From Octopus sinensis (taxonomy: Eukaryota): DNA of 64,000 bases. Of the stretch, positions 54,164-64,000 are shown piece after piece. The translations under genes were made by a program, and so were the position numbers. The stretch spans positions 2,294,001-2,358,000 of the forward strand of contig NC_043012.1 in NCBI RefSeq assembly GCF_006345805.1. Direction: 5' to 3'. The notes under the pieces were generated by a model. The model ran no database searches, was not told where the DNA came from, and saw only the letters and a program-made list of their open reading frames with translations. Each line of letters starts with the position of its first letter. Position 1 is the first letter of the stretch.

Positions 54164-54522
54164 CATGGTTCTTGACCTGTGAGAAATAGCAGCTAAATTC
54201 CCTTAAATCAACAAGAGCCTCTACATGGTTTTTGACTTGTTAGAAATAGCAGCTAAATTCCTTTAATCAAGCCAGTAAAGGAGCTTTCACGTAATTATTA
54301 CCTGTGAGAAATAGCAGCTAAATTCCCTTAATCAAACAAACGACAGAGCCTCTACATGGTTCTTGATCTGTGAAAAATAGCAGCTAAATACCTTTAAACC
54401 AACAAAAGGGCTTCTACATGGTTTTTGATTTGTTAGAAATAGCAGCTAAATTCCCTTATTCAAACCAACAAAGTAGACTTTATATGATTCTTAATCTGTT
54501 AGAAAGAGCAACTAAATTCCCC
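54164..54522 (+). repeat. Six-copy degenerate minisatellite, 60-66-bp unit
   Basis: Core (g)aaatagcagctaaattcc at about 54183, 54243, 54308, 54374, 54436 and 54502, each preceded by a catggtt.ttga..tgt-like sequence. Confidence 0.85.
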
Positions 54523-54880
54523 TCAAAATTACATCCCTACCATCTTGATTTCCTAGATATTCTTAAAAAGACAGAATGGTCATGGCTGGAAAGCCCTTGA
54601 CCATAAGTCAGATATTTGATCAAAGGCATTCACACCTATTTTTTGATACCATGTGTGTCTATGAAGACATATGTATAGTGTGTCTTGCATTTATTATATC
54701 ATTACCTTGCTGTGATATGGAACTCAGATATAGGCTTTTGATAGGCTTAGACAAATAAGGGGTTTCTTCATTGAAGGCATCATAAAATGTAAAACGCAGG
54801 TATTGAGATTACAGCCATATGACCAGTCAGGTAGAACTGCTAAATATCAACTTTTACTAAGTATAAAATCCCTGATATAT

Positions 54881-55092
54881 ATGAGGGGTAACTGGAAAGT
54901 TCTTGCTTCAGGTAAAAGAAAATGCAGGAGGACCAGTTAATTATGATTTTATTCAACCTATTCCCCTCTCAGGTTCACACACTTATTGTAGCAGTCCTTC
55001 AGTTTTTCTAAGCACAGTAAAAGAACTCGGACTGTTGGGCCTCCAGCTAGGCCTTTTGTGATGCCCTTAAAACCAGGAACTTTTCTGCACAC
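54881..55092. mobile_element. Mariner-type MITE, degenerate
   Basis: gaggggtaactggaaagttcttgct ... accaggaacttttctgcacac are imperfect inverted termini. Confidence 0.5.
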
Positions 55093-55266
55093 TATGTGTG
55101 TGTGTGTATGAGGATAAGGATAAACAGGTTTATATAATAGTTCCTATGCATACTTCACTATTGTGGTTGTTTGGAACCCTAGAGTAGCAGACTGGATTAA
55201 GATAATCTGGTGCTCTAGACATAACAGTAGCAGTTGTACATCTATTTGTACACAATTTTCACAACC

Positions 55267-55307
<41 letters not shown>

Positions 55308-55842
55308 AAATAATTTTGGTGGAATAGTATATCTTGAAGCTCACGTACACATGCAGCTATAAACAATATTCTGCCATTTCACTGTGATATATATGGTAAA
55401 TCATTCTCTTGATGTAGCATTTTAATTGATCACAAACATATTCACACAGGAGAGTAATCATATCATTGTATATTTAGAAAGCATATCATTGTGATTTGGA
55501 TAGAAAAAACTGAAAGTAGCCTTCAATAGAAAAAGTCCAAGGCTACCTTCAAATTTTTCTATTCAAAATGTTTTTTCAACCTAATTTTGATATTTATAAA
55601 CATTCTATTATTTATAGCTTTATGTGCGTACTTCACTGTTATACTATTCCAAAAAAGAGTTACTGCATATTCTCTCAAAAGTTTATAAAAGTCTTATGAT
55701 GTCAGCAATATATATTATTATGTGTATATATGATGTACTGTAAAAAATTATAATTTTAATGATTGCTTATACTAATAATGCATCTGCTAGATCGAGCATT
55801 TGTGAAAATTCAATTAGTAAAATAAGATACTAGCAGAATAAA

Positions 55843-55900
<58 letters not shown>

Positions 55901-56023
55901 CACACACACACACTTTTATGTGTATATATAATCTTTTGTATGTATATACATTTATAAAAATGCATTATATAAATGATTAGTGTTGATCTAGTAACTGATC
56001 TTATTCTTTCTACTGTTTTACAG

Positions 56024-56174
56024 ACTTTTCGACCCAAGAAGCGGTTTGAACCTGGCACCATGAAGTATGAACTTCACAAACAGGCCAATGCCTCGCTGAA
56101 TGCTGGCATTGATCTGAAAGAAGTTGTCCGTTTACCACCAAATGAAGATATAAATGACTGGATTGCCGTACATG
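56024..56174 (+). CDS. MOB3: Internal coding exon of MOB kinase activator 3-like gene (phase 0 start, phase 1 end)
   Basis: Translates to [50 protein letters not shown](V), matching the N-terminal MOB3-family pattern TFRPK..FEPGT...LHK.A.ASL..G.DL...V.LP..ED.NDW.AVH. Pyrimidine-rich acceptor ttctttctactgttttacag ends at 56023; donor gtatga starts at 56175. Flanking exons were not found in the window. Confidence 0.93.
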
Positions 56175-57084
56175 GTATGACTTACTTTTCAATATTTTAT
56201 TCAATGAATGCTTATGTCTTTGTTTTTACATTTGCTTTCAAGTTCCTCTTCTTAGTTGTCCTCATCGTCATCCTATCACCATCTATTTTGACGTGCCCAC
56301 CCCCCACACACAACAAGCTGTTATATGAAGAATGTGTTTTGCTGAGAGAGATTTTCGCTAGTGACATTTTGAGTGACTAGGGGGTTCTCACTGGATATTA
56401 CTTGTGTTTTGGTGTTTTTTCAAGGGGGCAGGAATGTATAGTATTTGAGGAAGGTTTTTTGGTGTTAATAGAGGCAAGATTGGCACAGCTCCTTTGGTAG
56501 GTGTCCTTCAAGTTTCCCTTTTGATCCTGGAATCAATGAAGGTTTGGTATTTGCTGCCTAGGTTGTGTGTGCAGATGATCAGATGATGCATAGTTGGGGA
56601 AGGTTGGGGCAAAATGAAGGGTCATATCATTTGTACAAAAATGAGCAGTGTTGTTGGATTGAAAATAGGTTCTTGATGTACAGAATGAAGAGGGTTGGGA
56701 ACTAAACTGGTCCCTGGGGCATACCGGAGTTGCTTGGGAGCAGGAAAGAAAGAGCTCTTTCGACACCTATTGCTATGATGCAGTCTTATAGGAAGCCATT
56801 AGCAGTTGCTAATAGTCTACAAGGCCCAGGTCAAGCCCAGAATAGTGCATTGCTCCCTTATCTGGGATAATACTGCTACTGCTACACACACAAATATCCT
56901 ACACCACAATCAGAGAAGGGACATTCAACTGATTGGCATTAACCCTTTGGCATTCCTATTAAGCATTATCTCATAATTTCAAGATTTTGATGATATGATT
57001 GCCTATTTTTAGAATGACATAGTAGGGCAGGTGTGAGAGGCCAGACCTGGCCAGTTTAAATGCTAATGGGTTAAATTACTAACA

Positions 57085-57420
57085 GAGCTGCTCCTGCATC
57101 TGGTCTGGTGGTGTGCTGTTTCTTCTCTCTGTCTTTTCTGTCACTGCTATAATGACCTCTGTTCCTCAGAGCTGGCTGGTCATATAACCACTTTACTGAG
57201 GTCCCCAACTCCACCTGTCTTTCCATCTCTTATCACCCTCGCTGTGTCCAGTACCCACCATCCCACCTCTTGCACTAACCTCTATGTCTAGTTGCTTCTC
57301 CTTAGAACATTGGCTTTTTCGTATCTTCTTCCGGTTCACGTCTTTCCTTTACATGTTGACCTGGGATATTTTAAATGGGACAGTCACGTCAGTAGTCTCA
57401 CTGGTTTCCAAAAGACCTAC
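57085..57420 (+). mobile_element. CR1/Jockey-group LINE 3' relic
   Basis: LRTLAFSYLLPVHVFPLHVDLGYFK resembles the ORF2 C-terminal motif PRT..LWN.LP..VFP...NL..FK. Confidence 0.5.
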
Positions 57421-57511
57421 AGAGGTCATGGACACTGTCCCTTCCTACACATTCAACAAGCACAAAATAAACAAGTAAATAATAGGAGTGACTGTGTGGT
57501 AAGTAGCTATA

Positions 57512-57910
57512 GGTGTAGGAGTGGCTGAGTGGTAAGTAGCTTGCTTACAAACCACATGGTTCCGGGTTCAGTCCCACTGCGTGGCACTTTGGGCAAGTGT
57601 CTTCTACTATAGCCTTGAGCCGACCAAAGCCTTGTGAGTGGATTTGGTAGACGGAAACTAAAAGAAGCCCGTCATATATATGTATGTGTGTATGTTGTGT
57701 ATATGTTTGTGTGTCTATGTTTGTCTCCCCAACATCGCTTGACAACTGATGCTGGTGTGTTTACATCCCTGTAACTTAGCTGTTTGGCAGAAGAGACTGA
57801 TAGAATAAGTACTAGGCTTACAAAGAATAAGCCCTGGGGTCGATTTGCTTGACTAAAGGCAGTGCTCCAGCATGGCCACAGTCAAATGACTGAAACAAGT
57901 AAAAGAGTAA
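57512..57910 (+). mobile_element. tRNA-derived SINE family 1, near full length
   Basis: A box TGGCTGAGTGG, B box GGTTCAGTCCC, internal TA/TG microsatellite, tail ..tgactgaaacaagtaaaagag. Other copies or fragments at about 281-395, 8690-9100, 14415-14800, 21711-22085, 22320-22650(-), 22838-23295, 37196-37535, 43570-43935(-), 50135-50330(-), 51270-51422(-), 59540-59895(-). Confidence 0.85.
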
Positions 57911-58336
57911 ATATAAAAATAGCCGATGGTAAAATGTTGTGTCTCTGCCAACTCCTTCAATGTTCCACTGTTTCTTGCAATATTTTAAATGGTAGCAACT
58001 ACAGAGAATGTTTCTAAGTGTAAATTGTATCGCCACTGTGCTAACGTCTTTGAATTTTTAAGCTACTGGCGATAACTATAATAATTACAGTCGAAACACA
58101 GCTATAATAGTTTCAATGTACATATAATGATTCCATTTATAAATCACAAGCTAATGTAAATGGATGCAGCGTTAAATCCAAGTAATTTTGGTCTAATTTG
58201 AAGTGATTTTCTTAGACTGTTTAGGTGCTGCTGACCATTTAAGATTTTAAATAAAGAATTTATGTTTCAATGTGAGAGAGAGAAAGAAAGAGGTGAGTGA
58301 TGTTGAAAGTGCTGTGATTATAGAGAATGCTATTAA

Positions 58337-58820
58337 CCCTTTTGTTACTGTATTTATTTTGAGATGCTCTGTGTTTCTTTAAATTACTTTAAATCATCAT
58401 CATCATCGTTTAACGTCCGTTCTCCATGCTAGCATGGGTTGGACGGTTCGACCGGGGATCTGGGAAGCCAGAAGGCTGCACCAGGCTCCGGTCTTATCTG
58501 GCAATGTTTCTACAGCTGGATGCCCTTCCTAACGCCAACCATTCCGTGAGTGTAGTGGGTGCTTTTTACGTGCCACCTGCACTGGAGCCAGGCGAGGCTG
58601 GCATCGGCCACGGTCGGATTGGTGCATTTTACGTGCCACCTGCATGGAAGCCAGTCGAGGCGGCAGAATTTAGTAAGATTACTTAGTTATCATTAAGCTA
58701 GTGTTAGGAGCATAAATTGCAACTAAGGTTTGCTGGTATATTTTAATGAAAAACTAATGAAAACAAGACATTTATACTACAGAGCCAGAGCCGGTTTTGG
58801 CCGGGTTGGTAATGAAAGGG
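58337..58820 (+). mobile_element. piggyBac-type MITE family B interrupted by a SINE (58394-58664)
   Basis: TTAA-CCCTTTTGTTAC...GTAATGAAAGGG-TTAA with TTAA on both sides; the two halves match 41002-41223 around a minus-strand (GAT)n-tailed SINE. Confidence 0.78.
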
Positions 58821-58855
58821 TTAAGCATTTATGTAGTTGTTGGTGTTTATTATTA

Positions 58856-58895
<40 letters not shown>

Positions 58896-59341
58896 GGCGG
58901 TGAGCTGGCAGGATCGTTACTGCTTTGGGAAAGATGCTCAGCAGCCTTTCTTACGACTTTTACGTTCTGTGTTTAAATGCCGCCAAGGATGACTTTACTT
59001 TTCATCCTTTCGCGGTCGATAAAATAAGTACCAGTTATGCACTGGGGTCAATATAATCAGTTTATGCTCTCCCTTGAAATTGATGGCATCGTGCCAAAAT
59101 TTGAATCCATTATTAAGACAGCAAGCTGTCAGAATCATTAGGGATGCCAGGTGAAATACTTCGCAGTATTTCATTCATCCTTACGTTCTGAGTTCAAATT
59201 CTGCTGAGGTCAACTTTGCCTTTCATCCTTTCAGGATCGATTAAATAAGTACCAGTTATGCACTGGGGTTGAAGTAATCGAGTTAATCCCTTCCCCCAAA
59301 ATTTGAGGCCTTGTGCTACCGGTAGAAAGAATTATTATTAT

Positions 59342-59388
<47 letters not shown>

Positions 59389-60234
59389 CCAGTGAAACAC
59401 AGGTTGATGTAATCGACTTGTCCCCTCCCCCAAAATTGCTGCCCTTGTGGCAAAATTTGTAACCATCATCATCATCATCGGCAACAACAACAACATCCCT
59501 TTGGTCACCATATTTCTGTTGATACTGCCTTTGTTACAGCCATTTGGTCTGTGGTCTTGAATGGTTTAGTTGAACACATTGACCCCCTACACTTTTAAAT
59601 ACTTTTAAATCTGGTACTTACTCTATCAGGGTCTTTTGCCAAACAGCTAAGTTGCATGGCTGTAAACAAACTAACCCTGGTTGTCAAGCAACAGAGGCAG
59701 ACAAACGCAAAGACGCACACATCACATTTATATGTATGTTTGTGCGTATGTATGTATATGACAGTCTTCCACACAGTTTCCGTTTACCAATTTCACTCAT
59801 GAGGTTATAATAGAAGTTACTTGGTCCAAGGTGCTCTGCAGTGAGACTGAACTTGAAACCATGTGGTTTGCAAAGCAAGCTTCTTAAACACATAGCTATA
59901 AGACTCATAACTTTCTTTAATGCAAACAAAACCTATGACTTTTTTTGTTCTTAAACTCATTAAACGTAAACTGCAAATTCATTGTCAGTTGACCTCTTTT
60001 ATTCTGTAATACTTACCACATAATTGGTTTCTAACTTCAAGACAAAAAAATGTTATGAAATCTGATATAAATGTTTTAAGGTGATTTTTAATTGTAAATT
60101 TCTATATTTCTTAAGCGGAATCTTATTATACAGGTCCTCCAGTATGACATTCGTTTTTAAGTATTTGAAAGTATCTCATTTAAAATAACTCAAAAAATAC
60201 AGAAATTTAAAGGTCAATAAATCTATAAAGCCAT

Positions 60235-60465
60235 TGCGGCGAGCTGGCAGAAACGTTAGCACGCCGGGCGAAATTCGTAGCCGTATTCGTCTGTCGTTGC
60301 GTTCCGAGTTCAAATTCCGCCGAGGTCGACTTTGCCTTTCATCCTTTCGGGGTCGATAAATTAAGTACCAGTTACGCACTGGGGTCGATGTAATCGACTT
60401 AATCCCTTTGTCTGTCCTTGTTTGTCCTCTCTGTGTTTAGCCCCTTGTGGGTAGTAAGGAAATAT
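60235..60465 (+). mobile_element. tRNA-derived SINE family 2 (young, CpG-retaining copy)
   Basis: gcggcgagctggcagaaacgttagc head, B box GAGTTCAAATTC, central gcctttcatcctttcggggtcgataaattaagtaccag block. Other copies at about 49031-49265, 58894-59340 (tandem), 11120-11350, 32370-32600(-), 33320-33530(-), 34040-34200(-), 37650-37860, 62385-62590. Confidence 0.82.
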
Positions 60466-61120
60466 ATAAAGCCATTGCTGTAAAATAAATATGCTATTGC
60501 AAAACATTGCTTGTCTAAACTATTCTAGTGTTCGTTGTCTGCTCATATACAAATTTGTACTTCAATGTAGGGGTTCTCTCACGGTGATGTCAGTCACGTA
60601 CAATGATGGTTAAGCTTCACTGAAGAGCTCAAATAAGACTGAAGACGTTATCATAGTTGTCTGCCCCTACTTGCTATAGCAACATCAAAAGCACTTTAGT
60701 CAGTGACTAATGTTTTTCCCTTCACTTTTCTAGTTTACCTTTTATTTTATGTTAACACTAGGTCAACTGTATCAGTAAACACACTCACTCAGATATACAT
60801 GCTCACATTGTGTTGTACATGTGAGCATGTATATTGTTATGTCAAAAAAAGTAATAACAATAAAAGCAATGCTAATAAAAAAAATTAAATTCCTGTGAAT
60901 CAGTAATCCAGCAAATATTTTCAATGAGCAGATTAATAATTTAATGGCTATTATAGATTAAGATTTACTTGCTAGTTGAAATAATCTCAATCAGATTAGA
61001 AAGCTGAAAATGAGGTAGAAAATTATTTATCTGAACATCATTAACGATGAGTATAGATTCTTGTTGAAAACTGGGGCACTCTCTATATAGCCAAATAGTG
61101 TTTTTGTATTGGGATTGTTA

Positions 61121-61290
61121 TCCTTTCGAGCATTGGGCCTCATGGAGGCAAAGTGGCTGAGTTCCATTCGAGCACTGGGCCTCACAGGCAAAGTGACTAA
61201 GTTCCTTTAGAGCACTGGGCTTCAGGGAGCCAAAGTGGTTGAGTTCTTTCGCATTCCTTTCAAGTGTTGGGCCTCATGGAGGCTATGACC
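61121..61290 (+). repeat. Four-copy about 40-bp tandem repeat upstream of a (GAT)n-tailed element
   Basis: tcctttcgagcattgggcctcatggaggcaaagtggctgag-like unit repeated. Confidence 0.75.
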
Positions 61291-63169
61291 AAGACCTTTA
61301 GCATTATGTTGTGCTTGAGAAGAAGACCCATCAAGCCAAACAAAATCACAGTCATGGTAGATACGAGTGTCATGCAAATGGCTCCCATGCTGGAGGCACA
61401 TAAAAGCACCCATTACACTCTCAAGGTGGTTGGCATTAGGAAGGGCATCCAGCTGTAGAAAACCATGTCAAATTGGACTGGAGTCTGGTGCAACTCTCCG
61501 GCTTACCAGTGCCTGTCAAACTGTCCAATCCATGCCAGCATGGATAACGGACGTTAAATGATGATGATGATGATTATTTAGTTCCTGGTCAACTCTGCTT
61601 AAGCAAAATATGAAGATGTTCCAGCTGTAACCATCCCATCTTTTTTTTTTATATATATATTTATGTCTTTTTTTGAGACAGTAAGGCATGATCTAAAGGA
61701 GAATTGGCTGCTGTTTTTTGCAATATAATTTCTTTTATGATGATATTAAAATACCTTGTGTTGTTCTTCAGCCCATCTGTATATTCATAACTACATTGTG
61801 TTCTGTGTGCCTTTCCCTTTTTTGTTGAAGATGGCTGAGTGTGATTTGAAGTTCGACTGCTATTTCTAGCAGCCAAGGATGTTATAATGGTATACTTCTA
61901 ACAATGAGACTATCTCACGCTCTGTCAATCCTACCAATGATAGGATAGGGACTTTGATAAAATTATAAACTGACATTTATCTATGTAAAATACAATCAAG
62001 AGATTTTCATTAGCTAATGGAGATAAAACATATATCATTAAAAAATACCATTGTGTTGTAGTGATAGCTTAATATTTTTATTAAGCCATTACCATGATAT
62101 TGAAGTCTTACCTATAATATTATTACACAATACCATGTTATGGAAACTACCACAATATTATTATATTCTACCATGGTGTATAAGTCATAACAATGTTGGA
62201 CAATGTTAGTTTTTACTAAGGATCTATAGCACTTCTTCATAATCCGTGTGAATTAATATAGCTTTTTCATGATGATAATATTGAATATCTTGTACCGTTT
62301 ATCACCAGATCAGTTCTAATTGAGTAGACCATTGATCAAAGCTTTGACCAAGCCATATTTTTGTGTATCAGGGACTACACTGGCCAGAACCATTAGAGTA
62401 CTGGGTGAAATGCTTCGTGGTATTTCATCTACTGCTATGTTCGGATTTCAAATTCCGCTGAGGTCGACTTAGTCTTTCATCCTTTCGGAGTCAATAAATT
62501 AAGTACCAGTGAAACACTGGGGTCGATGAAATTAACTAGTCTCCTTACACCTAAATTTCAGGCCTTGTTCCTATCGCAGAAAAGATTATTTAAGAGGGGT
62601 GTAATTTGATTGAAATATGGCTGCTATTTTTCTTTAGTTAAACACTTGTGTAAAAGCTTCCCTTGTTGGCTCACTGCTTGTGTTGGTATCTCAATAACAT
62701 TTGCCTAAACAAGCTTTCTCAATCATCTTTGCTACTAAGCAAAAGCTTGCATCTACTACTCTGTCCTAAATACTCACCTCAAAGAGGCCTGACTGTTTTT
62801 GCTACAATGAGAACAGCTTGTCAACAAAGATGAACTCTGAAAGAATGCTTATTGTAGTTGACAGGAAACAATCCTTGGGTCACAGGAAAGTGACTCACTA
62901 AGGTAAGCACTCACTTCGGAGAGGATTGATAAAGAATAGGGAAATACTGTTTTCTCAAAAGACAACCTCTGTAGTATTAGTTCCAGTATTTAATACACTA
63001 AATACACCCAGCCTTTTTTATTTTAATGGTTTGATCTGGAGGAAGTCTCTGTATCCATGGAATTTACAGATCCTTGTAGACCTGCCTGTAGTTTGTAGGA
63101 GCTTCCTGACTCTAATCAGGGTTCAAAGATTATGTTATATGAAGTACAGGCAGTCATCAAAATGACGAA

Positions 63170-64000
63170 AACAGAGATGCTGGGTCAAAGCTGCTGGATG
63201 TAATAAACAAGATCTGTGAAGTTTCCAGAAGATCTGAGTGAATCCATTTTTGTTGCATGCCTGAAGAAATCAGGGGCAGTGGACCGTGAACAACATTGCA
63301 TAATTAGTCTAATGAATCACGTTACAAAGATCATTCTGAGAATTTTACTCCTGTGGACAAGAAGCAGAATAACATCCGAGATTGGAATTGAGCAGTTAGG
63401 CTTTGTAAAGAGTGCTAGTGTTAGGAATGTTATTTTTGTATTGAGAATGGTAACAGAGTGGGCGGTGGAGATGCAAAAAGACATCCTTGCGTGTTTTATA
63501 GATTACACAAAAGCCTTCGACAAAGTAAGTCATAATATGTTATTTGAAGAACTCGGTAACCTTGATCCACTTGTGAAAGACCTCCGAATCTTGTAACCAA
63601 TCAGTGTGCATAAAGGTAGATAGGGAAGGCAGTGAATGCACTAACATCAGGAGAGGGGTCAGGCAAAAAAGTGTTATGTCACCAACTCTTTTCAATTCAA
63701 TTACTATCGCGAATCGATCATAAGAGAACTGGAAAGGGAGAAAAAGGGTTGTAGGGTAGGAGGCAGAAACATCACAAACATAAAGTATGCAGATAACACA
63801 GTCTTACTTGCAGAATCGGAAAAGGAACTCCAGAGACTTCTGGATGAAAGACTTCTAGTCAGAGAAAGTGAGAGGAAGGGCCTGTTTGTAAATTGCCAGA
63901 AGACAAGGTGTATGGTGGTGAGAAAGAAGTGAATGATCAAATCATTAGGCGGGTACCTTGGAACTTTGATCACAGAAGATGCAAAATGTGTAAAGATCAA
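63170..64000 (+). pseudogene. Degenerate RTE-clade LINE reverse transcriptase fragment, runs off the window end
   Basis: FPEDLSESIFV..KK..A...EQH..ISLMNHVTKII.RIL, EQLGF, FIDYTKAFDKVSH, GVRQ..V.SPTLF, KYADNTVLLAESEKELQRLL and YLG motifs in RT order, with stops and frameshifts. Confidence 0.9.

Noticed and set aside
54164-54522. CRISPR-like array (conserved core with variable spacers, about 63-bp period)
   Set aside because: The spacers are homologous to each other, the context is eukaryotic, there are no cas genes, and the unit is a module of a dispersed repeat.
55973-56380. 135-aa ORF as a complete gene
   Set aside because: Only 56024-56174 resembles MOB3; the flanks are intron read-through beyond clear AG and GT sites.
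57512-57590. tRNA gene candidates at SINE heads
   Set aside because: A and B boxes are present but no convincing cloverleaf; they continue into SINE bodies.
58060-58110. ctggcga..gaaa..cta hammerhead-like spacing (similar weak case near 60618-60652)
   Set aside because: Core box mutated and helices poorly paired; could arise by chance.

Overview
AT-rich, microsatellite-dense eukaryotic DNA. The SINE/MITE repertoire and the one recognisable exon suggest an octopus (coleoid cephalopod) genome; this is an inference. The only host coding sequence I can support is a 151-nt internal exon of a MOB kinase activator 3 (MOB3-like) gene at 56024-56174 (+), so much of the window is probably MOB3 intron or flank. 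The rest is largely transposon-derived: several tRNA-type SINE families, RTE and CR1/Jockey-group LINE relics, piggyBac-type (TTAA), hAT-, Tigger- and mariner-type MITEs, a non-autonomous Helitron and a DINE-1/Helentron-like element. The most interesting signal is a set of short non-coding elements, mostly sitting in (TA)n tracts, with inverted or direct terminal duplications and type I hammerhead ribozyme cores whose helix III is palindromic (Penelope pseudo-LTR / retrozyme-like). One has a 594-bp unit, 54-bp perfect direct terminal repeats (50562-51209) and an apparently intact hammerhead on the minus strand (50751-50851). A Penelope GIY-YIG relic with its own degenerate hammerhead lies at about 28793-29255. 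Nearly all ORFs in the supplied track are microsatellite or SINE artefacts. Coordinates of degenerate repeats are approximate.
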